Of a stretch of 64,000 nucleotides of DNA, positions 32,601 to 42,026 are shown one piece after another. The notes below the pieces were generated by a model, which worked only from the letters and a program-made list of their open reading frames with translations, searched no databases and was not told where the DNA came from. Made by a program: the position numbers and the translations under genes. The stretch spans positions 453,950 to 517,949 of the forward strand of contig CAWIWL010000013.1 of assembly GCA_963839705.1 (NCBI GenBank). Reading direction: 5' to 3'. The first letter of the stretch is position 1. Each line of letters starts with the position of its first letter. The stretch is from an uncultured Acidobacteriota bacterium. Lineage in GTDB: Bacteria; Acidobacteriota; Vicinamibacteria; Vicinamibacterales; 2-12-FULL-66-21.

Positions 32601-32718
32601 CAACAAGAACCAAATCAACTCGCTGACCACAAACCTGCTCTTCGACTTCTCCGGGTTCCTCCGGACCGGCGTCGGCGATCCAAGGCAGATGCAGCTGGCG
32701 GTGAAGTTCACGTTCTGA
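29668..32718 (+). CDS. TonB-dependent outer-membrane receptor with an N-terminal carboxypeptidase-regulatory-like domain
   Basis: ATG 29668 after GGGAGG, then a signal peptide. GVIQGSVADATGASLPGVTVEARN...DGRFVFLQLAPGNYRMTF is the CarboxypepD_reg part, followed by plug and barrel regions. Ends ...QLAVKFTF with a terminal aromatic residue. Confidence 0.85.
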   Translation: MSIRLMLRALVLFLALPLHATAQQITTGVIQGSVADATGASLPGVTVEARNVDTNFGRTLVTEADGRFVFLQLAPGNYRMTFTLPGFATHIQENIVLTVGGLITLPVAMKVSGVSETVTVTTATAVIETSRTASATTLNQNTIETIPILGRKFEDLLTLTPGVAIVQGADGDEISFAGQRGIFNNISLDGGDYNNGFFGEQAGGQRASIDITLDAIKEFQVIATGAPAEFGRTAGGVVNVVTKSGTNAARGSVFYFQRLEELTGDLSDGSKLEGFHREQYGGTVGGPIKKDKAFFFLATEGINANFERPNLSRQLGDVPCPLANPTVPQNESLINSVPDCQRTALLSFFQSRLNINEGTPIDHPQRTTAILGKIDVVANASNNISGSWNFNHSRKTNETFDVATFGPSANGIEGDPARINVMNLNWFTTLSARTVNEAHFTYSRESRPRTAAGSGLTADTGMGFGPSFRFGDPFFLQPNVDELIWRTQIKDSLSIVTGKHTYKVGGEWMHTLNDQVFRGFFNGRYIFSSVSGFLRYASPAATGGFGPNTVGCSNGSFVTFPAACPAGTTTDGGPLLLYLQGAGRTGLATDATGASVISNDEFSLFAQDSWQVRSNLTLNYGLRWDSQRMPETVDPTTTAYGAFLDDPTFPSDGTIPSQWSMWQPRLGVAWDVSSNGQSLVRASWGVYYARQNMLSQVGSVTTNGLQQQTIFANTQNLLDFGAPTPTWPGVVTPAPLPDGQFPDFSGVRVFDRDYKNPYVLAFNVAFEQQLAPDWAGYVDFIWNEGKDLTRFLNYNRSGPVCCSAGPGTGNSYDYTGSPWGLQLDEVMVTNSRGSSKYRGLTLGVRKRLSNGFQLEGNYVLSKDEDDDSNERDPFTDYSFNFFDLSKDWGPSNRDIRHKFNFFSYFIIPKGFWANTRVQYRGPQPITADPRSLDGTDRGRNGERKDNEYFSFDWRLGRPFRFGGRYEMTPILEMFNTFNNKNQINSLTTNLLFDFSGFLRTGVGDPRQMQLAVKFTF

Positions 32719-32737
32719 GGGCTTCAATGATCCGGAC

Positions 32738-32836
32738 GCCCGTAGCGCCGAACTTCAGTTCGGCGTGAGCGACCGTGACGCGCAACTAATCGGCGTGAGC
32801 GACCGTGACGCGCAACTAAAGTTGCGCGCTACGGGC
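32738..32836. repeat. REP-like complex: two opposed GTAG hairpins bracketing a 2x 30-bp tandem duplication
   Basis: GCCCGTAGCGCCGAACTTCAGTTCGGCG (32738-65). CGGCGTGAGCGACCGTGACGCGCAACTAA[T/A] occurs twice (32761-90, 32791-820). GCGCAACTAAAGTTGCGCGCTACGGGC (32810-36) closes the complex. Confidence 0.85.
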
Positions 32837-32853
32837 GCCTAAAAATCCAAAGC

Positions 32854-33291
32854 CTACTGTGCCCCGCAGGACGACGCACGCATCCGCAGCGACGACACGT
32901 CCATGACGGCCTGATCCGCCGCCTGGCTGGGGATCGACCTGGTGCCGGCGACGGGCGAGCCCCCGCTGAACGTCGCCGGCCCGGCCTTCATGCCCTTGTC
33001 GTCGAGCGCGGAACGTTTGACGATGCCCGTCACCTCGACGAGGTGTCCCTGATGCTTCTTCAGCTCGTCGGTGACGGGCTTCTTGGTCGCGAGACGAAAC
33101 GTGCGTTCCCCGACGTAGGGGCCGCTTTCCACGTCGGTCCGCCGCTGGTCGACCGTCTTGAGCACGCGTCCCGTCAGGCAGCCGACGACGTTCAGCTCGA
33201 TCGAGTCCTTGGGGACCTTCGGTTTCTCTTGCGGGGTCTCCTGAGGGGCAGCGAGCGCGAGCGCGACGAGTATGGCGGCGAGCGGAGTCAT
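32854..33291 (-). CDS. Hypothetical secreted protein
   Basis: 145 aa with a signal-like N-terminus (MTPLAAILVALALAAPQ). No family recognised. Confidence 0.55.
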   Translation of the reverse strand: MTPLAAILVALALAAPQETPQEKPKVPKDSIELNVVGCLTGRVLKTVDQRRTDVESGPYVGERTFRLATKKPVTDELKKHQGHLVEVTGIVKRSALDDKGMKAGPATFSGGSPVAGTRSIPSQAADQAVMDVSSLRMRASSCGAQ

Positions 33292-33403
33292 GGAGTCACC
33301 TTTCAGGCGCCCCTCGACGATACCACGCCGCGGCCCGAGCCGTGAGGCGAGATCGGCCGCGAGGTGGCGGAGGGGTCATATAATCCTGGGCGCAGGAGGA
33401 TCC

Positions 33404-35020
33404 ATGTCTCTCACTTCCTCGGTGGCGATTGCCGTTGTTGCTCTGTTCGTGCCGATTTCCGCTCAGCAGTCACACGAGCACGGCGGAGCAGAGAAGCTCG
33501 GGACCGTTCGTTTCAGTAATTCGTGCACGGCCGAGGCTCAGCCGGCTTTCGGGCGGGCGATGGCGCTGCTGCATTCCTTCGAGTTTGCGCCGGCCATCGA
33601 GAGCTTTACCGCGGCAGGCACGGCCGATCCCGGCTGCGCGATTGCCTCCTGGGGGATCGCGCTCAGCCGGTGGGGGAATCCGTTCGCGGCGGGGATCAAG
33701 GCGCCGGCCCAGCTCGAGGCTGGCCGTGCGGCGATTGCCAAGGCCAGGACGATCGGCGCGAAAACGGACCGCGAGCGCGACTACATCGCGGCCGCCGGGC
33801 GACTATTTGCTGACTTCGAGAAGGTCGACCAGCGCACGCGTCTTCTGGCCTACCGCGACGCGATGGCGGATCTCGCGGCTCGGTATGCCGACGATCCCGA
33901 GGCGTCAGCCTTCTACGCGCTGGCGCTGGCGGCCAGCAACGATCCGACAGACCAGACCTCGGCGAGCCTGATCAAAGCCGGCGCGATCCTCGAGCGGCTC
34001 GCACCGCAGCAGCCCGACCATCCGGGCTTCGTGCACTACATCATCCACGCCTACGATGTGCCGCTGCTCGCGCCGAAGGCGGTGAATGCGGCACGCGGCT
34101 ACGCCAAGATCGCACCGTCGGCCCCGCACGCCCTGCACATGCCGTCGCACACCTTCACCCGTCTCGGCTACTGGCAGGAGTCCGTCGACACCAACATCGC
34201 GTCGGCGGCGGCCGCGCGGCGAGAGAAATCCACCGGCGAAGAGCTTCACGCGATGGACTACCAGACCTATGCCTATCTGCAGATGGCGCAGGATCGCGCC
34301 GCCAGGGGCCTGGTCGATGCCCTTCCTGAGGTCATCACACGCATCAATCCCGGCGCCGTCTCCTCGAGCCCTCCGATCGCCGGGGTCTTCGCGCTTGCGG
34401 CGATCCCCGCTCGCTACGCGCTCGAACGCCGGGCGTGGGACGAGGCGGTTCGACTTGAGCTCCGGCCCAGCCGCTTCCCGCACGCCGACGCGATCACCTG
34501 GTTCGCGCGCGGACTCGGCGCGGCGCACACCGGAGATCAGCAGACCGCTCGCGCGGCGATCGATGCCCTGCAACAGCTCGAAGCGCAGCTCGCGACGGCC
34601 GGCGAGAGCTACTGGGCCGAGCAGGTCGCGATCCAGCGGCTCGGCGTGTCGGCGTGGATCGCGTTCAAAGACGGCCGGACCGACGAAGGATTGACGACGA
34701 TGCGAATCGCCGCCGACCGCGAGGACCGGACCGAGAAGAACGCAGTGACGCCTGGACCCATTGCACCGGCACGTGAGCTTCTCGGATACATGCTGATCGC
34801 GGCGAAGCGCCCGGCCGATGCCCTCGCGGCGTTCGATATCACGCTGACGAAGGAGCCCAATCGCTACCGCGCGCTCGCCGGCGCACTCGAGGCGGCACGG
34901 TTGTCCGGCAGCGAGACCGCCGAGCGGAAGTATGTCCAACCATTGCTCACGCTGACGTCGAAGGCCGATGTCCCCGGCCGTCCCGAGGTCGCGGCGCTGA
35001 AGAAGGGTGCCAGACAATGA
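33404..35020 (+). CDS. Secreted TPR-like helical-repeat protein of unknown function
   Basis: ATG 33404 after GCAGGAGGA, then a signal peptide. Helical-repeat composition with a conserved-looking block HYIIHAYD...APHALHMPSHTF. Confidence 0.65.
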   Translation: MSLTSSVAIAVVALFVPISAQQSHEHGGAEKLGTVRFSNSCTAEAQPAFGRAMALLHSFEFAPAIESFTAAGTADPGCAIASWGIALSRWGNPFAAGIKAPAQLEAGRAAIAKARTIGAKTDRERDYIAAAGRLFADFEKVDQRTRLLAYRDAMADLAARYADDPEASAFYALALAASNDPTDQTSASLIKAGAILERLAPQQPDHPGFVHYIIHAYDVPLLAPKAVNAARGYAKIAPSAPHALHMPSHTFTRLGYWQESVDTNIASAAAARREKSTGEELHAMDYQTYAYLQMAQDRAARGLVDALPEVITRINPGAVSSSPPIAGVFALAAIPARYALERRAWDEAVRLELRPSRFPHADAITWFARGLGAAHTGDQQTARAAIDALQQLEAQLATAGESYWAEQVAIQRLGVSAWIAFKDGRTDEGLTTMRIAADREDRTEKNAVTPGPIAPARELLGYMLIAAKRPADALAAFDITLTKEPNRYRALAGALEAARLSGSETAERKYVQPLLTLTSKADVPGRPEVAALKKGARQ

Positions 35021-35035
35021 GCGGTCAGACCTCGG

Positions 35036-36307
35036 GTGCGCGAGTGCTGGGAGTCGCTCGTCTGTGTGGTGGCCGCGGCCGTGTCCCTCGGCGCGCAGGC
35101 TCCTGACTCGCTCGTCCAGCGCATTCGGGCAAGCGCGCAGTACGCTCAGGCGAGCGCCTTCATCGAGACCGACTACGACCGCTTCGTGAACGAGCTCATC
35201 GCGCTCAACGAAATCCCCGCCCCGCCGTTCAAGGAGCAGGCGCGGGCCAGGGCCTACGTCGAGATGCTGCGACAGCAGGGCCTCACCGATGTCGAGATCG
35301 ACGCCGAAGGCAACGCCATGGGCGTCCGCAAGGGCGCCGGCGGAGGACCGATGGTCGCCATCGTCGCTCACCTCGATACCGTGTTCCCCGAAGGGACCGA
35401 CGTCAAGGTCAAGCGGCAAGGCACGCGGTTGGCCGCACCGGGGATCGGCGACAACACGCGCGGCATCGCGCTGATGCTGGCCGTCATCCGGGCGATGGAG
35501 GCTGCGAAGTTCCAGACGACGAGCGACGTGCTCTTTGTCGGCAACGTGGGTGAGGAAGGCGAGGGTGATCTCCGCGGCGCCAAGTTTCTGCTTCGCCAGG
35601 GCAAGTACAAGGATCGCATCAAGCAGTTCATCGCCATCGACGGCGGCGAGCAAGGCAACATCACAAGCGGCGGCGTCGGGAGCCTGCGCTATCGCGTAAC
35701 GTTCAAGGGTCCCGGCGGCCACAGCTACGGGGCGTTCGGGCTCGTCAACCCCGCCTACGCTATGGGCAGCGCGATGGCGATGTTCTCGCGCATCACCGTG
35801 CCGGTTCAGCCGAAGACGACCTTCAACATCGGCGCCGTCCGGGGCGGGACGTCGGTCAACTCGATCCCCGCAGAAGTGAGCATGGACGTGGACATGCGGT
35901 CGGAATCCTGCGCCGAGCTGAAGAAAGTGAACGAGGCGTTTCTCACGATCGTCAAGCAGGCTGTCGACGAGGAGAACGGCGTGCGGTCGACGCGCGAAGG
36001 CAAGATTCAGGCAGACCCGAAGCTGATTGGCGACCGCCCGTGCGGCCAAACGCCTGCCACCTCGCCCATCGTCCAGACGGCGACCGCTGTCGTCAGGGCC
36101 TTCGGCCTGACGCCGAACTATGCGATCAGCAGCACCGATTCCAACGTGCCGATGAACATGGGCATCCCGGCCATCACCATCGGCCGCGGCGGTCCCGGGG
36201 GCAGAGCGCATGCGCCCGACGAGTGGACCGACGTCGAGCGGAAGGGCAGTGTCGAAGCCGTCAAGGTGGCGATGACAGTCATCCTGGCCGTCGCGGGCGT
36301 TCCCTGA
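35036..36307 (+). CDS. M20 family metallopeptidase (tripeptidase/deacylase-like)
   Basis: Signal-like N-terminus. Motifs AHLDTVFP, GIGDNTRG and GNVGEEGEGDLRGA match the M20 metal-ligand layout. Confidence 0.85.
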   Translation: MRECWESLVCVVAAAVSLGAQAPDSLVQRIRASAQYAQASAFIETDYDRFVNELIALNEIPAPPFKEQARARAYVEMLRQQGLTDVEIDAEGNAMGVRKGAGGGPMVAIVAHLDTVFPEGTDVKVKRQGTRLAAPGIGDNTRGIALMLAVIRAMEAAKFQTTSDVLFVGNVGEEGEGDLRGAKFLLRQGKYKDRIKQFIAIDGGEQGNITSGGVGSLRYRVTFKGPGGHSYGAFGLVNPAYAMGSAMAMFSRITVPVQPKTTFNIGAVRGGTSVNSIPAEVSMDVDMRSESCAELKKVNEAFLTIVKQAVDEENGVRSTREGKIQADPKLIGDRPCGQTPATSPIVQTATAVVRAFGLTPNYAISSTDSNVPMNMGIPAITIGRGGPGGRAHAPDEWTDVERKGSVEAVKVAMTVILAVAGVP

Positions 36308-37231
36308 TCACTTGCCAACGGGGGTCTTCGCGGATGCGGCCGCGTCGACTCGCCGCTGCATCTGTCCCGAGTCGATCGTCCGGCCGTCGTCGGTAATGGC
36401 CTGAAAGTGCAGCGTGTTGCCGACGATCTCCATCAGCAGGAAGGCGTAGCCCTGATCGAACCCCTTCGCGGTGAGATCCGAGCCAGTGATGTTGCCGCGC
36501 CGGACCTTTGCCGCGCTCCCGGCGATGATGTAGTTGATGCCGTGCTGGGGCTTGATGCGCTCGTAGAAGTGCTCGTGGCCGGTCAGCACCAGATCCACGC
36601 CGTGCTTCAGGAAGATCGGCTCCAACAGATCGCGCAGCTTGGTATCGGATCCGTGCGTGTCCCCGGATGAATAGAGGGGATGATGGAAGAAGCAGATCTT
36701 CCACTCCGAGCCGCTGGCAGCCAGTTCCTTCTCGAGCCACTCGACCTGGGCCTTGTCCACGTAGTTGCTGTCGAGCGCAAAGAAGCGGACGCTGCCCTGC
36801 GACGGCTTGAAGGAGTAGAACCGCTCGCCGTTCATGTTGAAGGGCTTGTAGAACCGCTGGTTCGGGTCGTCGTGATTCCCGAGCGCGCTGTAGAACTTGA
36901 CGCCCGCGTCGAGCAGCGGCTTGTACGGCCGTTCGAACTTGTCCGCGAAATCGGCCGGCGTTTCGCCGCCGTAGAGATTGTCGCCGAGCATCAGCGTGAA
37001 CTCGAACGGGAACGTCTCCCGCGCCGCCGCCAACCGCTGCGCGACGCGGAGTTGCGCGCTTCCACCGGTGCCGCTGTCGCCGATGACCGCGAACTTCACC
37101 GATTTCGCGTCTCGTGGCAGGGAGATCTCCTGGGCACGTGCCGGAGCGGCCCGTTGACCGCCGACGGCGAGCCCGACGGTGAAACCGACTGCGATAACGA
37201 CGAGTGAGGCCGACTTAACCAGCCGGAGCAT
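36308..37231 (-). CDS. Secreted metallophosphoesterase (purple-acid-phosphatase-like)
   Basis: Motifs GDSGTG, GDNLY, GNHD, FFHHP and GHEHFYER are present in the canonical calcineurin-like order. Confidence 0.85.
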   Translation of the reverse strand: MLRLVKSASLVVIAVGFTVGLAVGGQRAAPARAQEISLPRDAKSVKFAVIGDSGTGGSAQLRVAQRLAAARETFPFEFTLMLGDNLYGGETPADFADKFERPYKPLLDAGVKFYSALGNHDDPNQRFYKPFNMNGERFYSFKPSQGSVRFFALDSNYVDKAQVEWLEKELAASGSEWKICFFHHPLYSSGDTHGSDTKLRDLLEPIFLKHGVDLVLTGHEHFYERIKPQHGINYIIAGSAAKVRRGNITGSDLTAKGFDQGYAFLLMEIVGNTLHFQAITDDGRTIDSGQMQRRVDAAASAKTPVGK

Positions 37232-37241
37232 GGAACCCCCT

Positions 37242-37813
37242 TCAACGCATAACGCGCGGGATGAAATCGACGATCAGGTTCGCGTGGACGTCGCGAAGGA
37301 TGAGATCGCGTCCAACGATCCGGTATCCAGATCCTCGGGCAGTTGCGGCAGGTTGGCCAGGATGTTGGGTGGAACCGTCGGGAGCGCGTCAGCCGTGTAC
37401 GGTGCGTTTACCTTCAACGCGATAGCCGGCGGCGCATCCTCCTTGATCACTTCCTTCGTCTTGACGCCCTTCGTGCCGGTCACTTCGGGGTAGATCAGCT
37501 GCCGCAACCGCTCGGCGATCTCGGGCGTGAAGATGTCGCCCTGCTTCGCGCCCGCGCGCTCGCTGCGGATGGCCGTTGCGAGTGCCTGCTGTGAGGCCTG
37601 TATTTTCGCCGGATCGTCCACCTTCTTCAGCGGCGGCGTCTCCTTCTCGAGCCGCTTGTGGAGCTCCATGTACTTGTCGATGCGCTGTTTGAAGTCCAGC
37701 AGCACCAGCGCTTCGGCGTTGACCTTCGGGCCATCGGGCTTGGGTTGCTGGATACCAACATTGGCCGTCGCCATTCCACAGCTCAGCACGAGAACTGCTC
37801 CGATTCCTTGCAT
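37242..37813 (-). pseudogene. Hypothetical secreted protein with a frame break near 37326
   Basis: ORF 37274..37921 read from MQGIGAVLV (37813) ends ...LPQLPEDLDTGSLDAISS. One extra nt at CTGGA^TACCGG gives ...PEDL[D/E]YRIVGRDLILRDVHANLIVDFIPRVMR*, with the stop at 37242. That is 10 nt upstream of the phosphoesterase start. Confidence 0.6.
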
Positions 37814-37960
37814 CAGACACACTCCGCTGCCTGAGTCTTCAGGATGCGTGCCCACTGTTGACGAGCTCTGCTGGTGTGCGACAATGGGGGTGCCTGCCTT
37901 GCCTGAGCCTTGGCGCTCCACGCGTGCGCCGGGGCCCGTTCTGGTTTAGAGGTACTTCCG

Positions 37961-38983
37961 ATGAGCTCCCACGTGAGCACTTTCAGAGGCGCCGCCCTCC
38001 GCTCGCGCTATGTCGTGCCGGCGGTGACTGTCGTCTGCGCCGCAGCGCTGTGTGTGTCGATCGCCGGCCAACAGCAGACGCCGTTCAAGAGCGGCGCGAG
38101 CACGGTTGCGGTGTACACCACCGTGACCGACTCGACCGGCCGGCTGGTGCCCGATCTCACCAAAGACGACTTCGAGGTCTACGACAACGGCAAGCTCCAG
38201 CCGATCACGCTCTTCAACACCGAGACGCAGCCCATCTCGGTCATCGTGATGCTCGACCGGAGCGGCAGCATGAAGGAGAACTTCCGGCTCGTCTCGGTCG
38301 GCGCCGAGGAGTTCATCAAACGGCTGCTGCCTGCCGACAAGGCCCGCATCGGCAGCTTCGCCACCAAGATAGAGATCAGTCCCGAAGAGTTCACGAGCGA
38401 CCGGCGGGCGTTGGTCGAGATCCTCCGCTCCGAGCTGCAGCCCGACGGACCGACGCCGCTCTGGAATGCCGCCAACGTCGCCATCAGGGAACTGCTGCCC
38501 CAGGACGGGCGCAAGGTCGTCCTGCTCTTTACCGACGGCGTGGACAGCCCGGGCAACTTCAAGACGAACAACCTCAGCGTGATGGACGTGATGGAGCGCG
38601 CGACCAAGGAAGACGTGATGCTGTACGCGATCGGTCTCGAGAGCCGCTTGCCGTACGGCCGTACGCAGGCACCACTTGGGGGCGGCGGCTTTACCGGCGG
38701 GTTTGGCGGCGGTGGCGGCGGCGGGATGACGCAGCGGCCCGATCCGGGGCTGCCGAAGATTGCCTCGGAAACCGGCGGCGGCTACTTCGAGCTGACCCGA
38801 GCCGACGATCTGAAGTCGACCTTCGCCCGCGTCGCCGACGAGCTGCACCAGCAGTACGCGCTCGGGTTTGCGCCGACCAAGCTCGATGGCAAGACACACG
38901 ACCTCGAGGTCAAGGTCAAGACCAAGGGCATGAAAGCCAGGGCGCGCAAGAGCTACGTCGCGGCGAAGGCGCCGACGTCCTGA
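37961..38983 (+). CDS. VWA domain-containing secreted protein (acidobacterial VWFA-related type)
   Basis: Signal/TM segment, the typical N-terminal block FKSGASTVAVYTTVTDSTGRLVPDLTKDDFEVYDNGKLQPI, and MIDAS VMLDRSGSM. Has a Gly-rich linker. Confidence 0.85.
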   Translation: MSSHVSTFRGAALRSRYVVPAVTVVCAAALCVSIAGQQQTPFKSGASTVAVYTTVTDSTGRLVPDLTKDDFEVYDNGKLQPITLFNTETQPISVIVMLDRSGSMKENFRLVSVGAEEFIKRLLPADKARIGSFATKIEISPEEFTSDRRALVEILRSELQPDGPTPLWNAANVAIRELLPQDGRKVVLLFTDGVDSPGNFKTNNLSVMDVMERATKEDVMLYAIGLESRLPYGRTQAPLGGGGFTGGFGGGGGGGMTQRPDPGLPKIASETGGGYFELTRADDLKSTFARVADELHQQYALGFAPTKLDGKTHDLEVKVKTKGMKARARKSYVAAKAPTS

Positions 38984-38986
38984 CGC

Positions 38987-39409
38987 TCAGTCGTCTCCCG
39001 CGACGGAACGGCGGCGCTCCTTGGTGCTCGCGCGGCGCCGTTTGGCATCCAGGCGCTGCAGCTTGGACGCCCCGGACGGCCGCGTCTTGCGGCGCCGCTT
39101 CGGCCTGACCGCGGCCTTGCGCAGCAGTTCCACCAGCCGCTCCCGCGCCGCCTCCCGATTCTGCGCCTGCGTCCTGAACGCGCGCGAATCGATCACCACC
39201 ACACCATCGGCCGTCATGCGCGAGCCGGCAATCGTCTTGAGGCGCCCGCGCAATTCGTCGTCTATCGAGCGCGACCGGCCCGCATCGAAGCGCAGTTGCA
39301 CCGCCGTCGCCACCTTGTTGACGTTCTGACCGCCCGGTCCGGACGAGCGAACGAACCGTTCCTCGATTTCGGAGTCGTCGATGACGATGGTGGGGGTGAT
39401 GTGGAGCAT
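38987..39409 (-). CDS. arfB: Alternative ribosome-rescue factor ArfB (peptidyl-tRNA hydrolase, YaeJ family)
   Basis: 140 aa with the GGQ motif (SSGPGGQNVNKV) and a basic C-terminal tail (RPKRRRKTRPS...KRRR). Confidence 0.9.
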   Translation of the reverse strand: MLHITPTIVIDDSEIEERFVRSSGPGGQNVNKVATAVQLRFDAGRSRSIDDELRGRLKTIAGSRMTADGVVVIDSRAFRTQAQNREAARERLVELLRKAAVRPKRRRKTRPSGASKLQRLDAKRRRASTKERRRSVAGDD

Positions 39410-39413
39410 TGAG

Positions 39414-39523
39414 CTTCAGGTTCAGGGTTCAAGGTTCAAGGCTTCAAGGTTCAAAGTTCAAGCCGCGAGCTACGACAGCTCGCTCGACGATCTTACTTGA
39501 ACCCTGAACCCTGAACCCTGAAC
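39414..39523. repeat. Inverted arrays of heptamer GTTCAGG/GTTCAAG filling the whole intergenic region between the permease stop and the arfB start
   Basis: Left array CTTCAGGTTCAGGGTTCAAGGTTCAAGGCTTCAAGGTTCAAAGTTCAAG (39414-62). Central small hairpin GCGAGCT-ACGAC-AGCTCGC. Right array CTTGAACCCTGAACCCTGAACCCTGAAC (39497-523). The arms are reverse complements of each other. Confidence 0.9.
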
Positions 39524-41985
39524 TACGCCTCCCACCTGAGCGCCTCGGCCGGATCGATCCGCGAGGCTCGGCGTGCGGGCAGATAGCTGGCGAGAACGGC
39601 GGTTCCGCCGAGGGCGAGGGCGACGGCCGCGTAGGTGAGCGGATCGTACGCGCTGACGCCGAAGAGGAGCGTCGACATGGCGCGCGTCAGCAGCGCAGCG
39701 GCCGCCAGTCCGCACACGATCCCGATGGCGGCGAGAACGATGCCGTGACGCACGAAGAGTTGGCTCACGTCGCGACTGGCCGCGCCGAGCGCGATGCGGA
39801 TGCCGATCTCCTTGGTCCGCTGTTGCGCGACGTAGGCGATGACGCCGTAGATGCCGACCACGCCGAGCAGGAGCGCGACGGCGGCAGCAATCCCGAGCAT
39901 CACAAGCGCGAAGGAGGTCTGTGCCATGGAGCCGGCGCGGATCTGGTCGAGCGTGCGCACGCTGGCGACAGGCAGGTTTCCGTTCACGGACCAGACGGCC
40001 TGCTGGATCTCCTTCAGCAGCGTCGGCGAGCCGGTTCGATCCGTCCGCACGGCATAGGCGAGATTGCGTTGCGCGAATGTCTGGCCTCGGTAGTAGTTGT
40101 CAATCCAGAGAGGCCAGTAGATGATGGCCGGCGCCGGCCGCACGATGCCGTTGTCGCGCTCGTTGCCCACGACGCCGATGATCGTCCGCCACGGGTTGCT
40201 TGGCGTCTGGCGGATCCGCTTGCCAATCGCCGCCGCGGGTTCCTTCCAATACTCTCTGGCAAAGTTCTCGCTGATCAGCACGACAGACGCCTTGCTGTAA
40301 ACGTCGGCCCACGTCATCTCCCGGCCCGCCACGATGGGATTGCCCATCGTCTGGAAGTAATTCTGCGCCGTCCATTTGAAGCGGCGCAGGGGCGGCAGCT
40401 TCTCGTCTGGCGGCGGGAAGTCCTCGACGAAGATGGGGTCGTTGCTGTCGAAGCCGTCCATGGTGATCGAGTTCGACACTCCCACTGACTTGACTCCGGG
40501 GATCTGCTCGAGCTTGCGGACGATCTGTTCGTGCGTGCGCAGCGCCCGTTCCTCGTCGGGGATGAGTGTCTCCGGGATCGACACGCGCAGCGTGAGCACT
40601 TCTTCCGGGCGGACGAATCCGGGCGCGACCTGGCGCATGGCCTGGAACGTGCGGATCATCAAACCGGAGGCGACGAGCAGAACCACCGCAAGCGCGATCT
40701 CGGCGACGACGAGTCCGTTGCGCGCGCGGTGACGCTCGCGTCCGGCGCTCGAGAGGCGTCCTCCCTCTTTGAGCGTCGACGCGAGGTGCGGCGTGGCGAA
40801 CTTCGCGACGGGAAGCAGCCCGAAGAGGAGTCCTGCCAACAGCGAAATCGACAGCGTGAACAGGAGCACCAGCGGATCGAGCCCGATCTCTCCCGTGCGC
40901 GGCAGCCCGTCGGGCGCATTGGCGACCAGCATGCGGATCCCGGCATAGGCCAGGCCGAGTCCGACGACGCCGCCGGCGAGCGCCAGCGTGAGGCTTTCCG
41001 AAAGAAGCTCCCAGGCAATCCTGCGTGAACCGGCGCCGAGAGCAGCGTGGATGGCCAGTTCCTGCTGTCGCGCCTCGGCGCGCACCAGGAACAGGTTCGC
41101 GACGTTCGCGCATGCGATGAGCAGCACGAGCCCGACCGTGCCCAGAAGGACCCACAGCACGCGTCCGATGTCGCCGACGGCGTCGACCGAGAGCGGCCGA
41201 ACGTTGGGTCCCATCTTCACGTCATCGAACATCTTTCGTGTGAACCCGCCCGGCATCGGGAACCGATCGGGGATCACGGGGATCAATCGGGCGACGTCCG
41301 CGTTGGCCTGCTCGAGCGTCACGCCCGGTTTGAGGCGCGCCACGCCCTGAAAGCTGAAGTTGCCGACATGAAGCTCGGCGCGATTGAAGCGGAAGGGGAG
41401 GACGAGCTGCGGGTTGCGATTGAGGAAGCTGAACTTCGCCGGAAGCACGCCGATGATTTCGCGGGGCTTGCCGTCGACGACGATCGACTTGCCGACGACG
41501 GAGCGATCGCTGCCGAACTTCCGTTCCCAGTAGGCATGGCTCAGGATGACGCGTTCGGGCGTCTTCGGCGAGTCGTCTTCCGCGGTAAAGCTCCGCCCCA
41601 GAATCGGGTTCACGTGCAGCAGGCTCAGCGTGCCGTCAGTTACGAACAGGACCTGGATTCGCTCCGGCTCTCCGCTGCCCGTGACCGACACGGCGCCGTT
41701 GTCCCAGAGGCCGATATCCTGGAAGACTCGTCCTTCCTCCCGGTAGACCAGGTAGGTGGCGGGCGACATGTTCAGGTTCGGGATCCCGAGTCCCGGCGCC
41801 GCGTGCCACACGCCGACGAGCGCATCGGGCTCGTCGAAGGGCAGCGGCTTGAGCAGCACCCCGCGGACGACGCTGAAGATGGCCGTGTTGGCGCCGATGC
41901 CGAGCGCGAGCGTAAAGACCGCGATCAGCGTGAACATGGGTGCCCGAAGCAGGCGCCGGACAACTCGCCGGGGAGTGGCAGTCAT
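39523..41985 (-). CDS. Duplicated orphan MacB/FtsX-type permease (ADOP-like), paralogue 2
   Basis: Start at [40 protein letters not shown] (ATG 41985). Two FtsX modules; ends ...[11 protein letters not shown]. No ATPase or PadR gene is adjacent. Confidence 0.85.
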   Translation of the reverse strand: MTATPRRVVRRLLRAPMFTLIAVFTLALGIGANTAIFSVVRGVLLKPLPFDEPDALVGVWHAAPGLGIPNLNMSPATYLVYREEGRVFQDIGLWDNGAVSVTGSGEPERIQVLFVTDGTLSLLHVNPILGRSFTAEDDSPKTPERVILSHAYWERKFGSDRSVVGKSIVVDGKPREIIGVLPAKFSFLNRNPQLVLPFRFNRAELHVGNFSFQGVARLKPGVTLEQANADVARLIPVIPDRFPMPGGFTRKMFDDVKMGPNVRPLSVDAVGDIGRVLWVLLGTVGLVLLIACANVANLFLVRAEARQQELAIHAALGAGSRRIAWELLSESLTLALAGGVVGLGLAYAGIRMLVANAPDGLPRTGEIGLDPLVLLFTLSISLLAGLLFGLLPVAKFATPHLASTLKEGGRLSSAGRERHRARNGLVVAEIALAVVLLVASGLMIRTFQAMRQVAPGFVRPEEVLTLRVSIPETLIPDEERALRTHEQIVRKLEQIPGVKSVGVSNSITMDGFDSNDPIFVEDFPPPDEKLPPLRRFKWTAQNYFQTMGNPIVAGREMTWADVYSKASVVLISENFAREYWKEPAAAIGKRIRQTPSNPWRTIIGVVGNERDNGIVRPAPAIIYWPLWIDNYYRGQTFAQRNLAYAVRTDRTGSPTLLKEIQQAVWSVNGNLPVASVRTLDQIRAGSMAQTSFALVMLGIAAAVALLLGVVGIYGVIAYVAQQRTKEIGIRIALGAASRDVSQLFVRHGIVLAAIGIVCGLAAAALLTRAMSTLLFGVSAYDPLTYAAVALALGGTAVLASYLPARRASRIDPAEALRWEA

Positions 41986-42026
41986 GTGGACCTTAGACGT
42001 CCGCCGCTCGTCCCGCGTTCGGCCCG

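Noticed and set aside
33905-36211. 768-aa minus-strand ORF
   Set aside because: It lies antisense to the TPR-like gene and the M20 peptidase, both of which have signal peptides and recognisable motifs. It is a shadow ORF.
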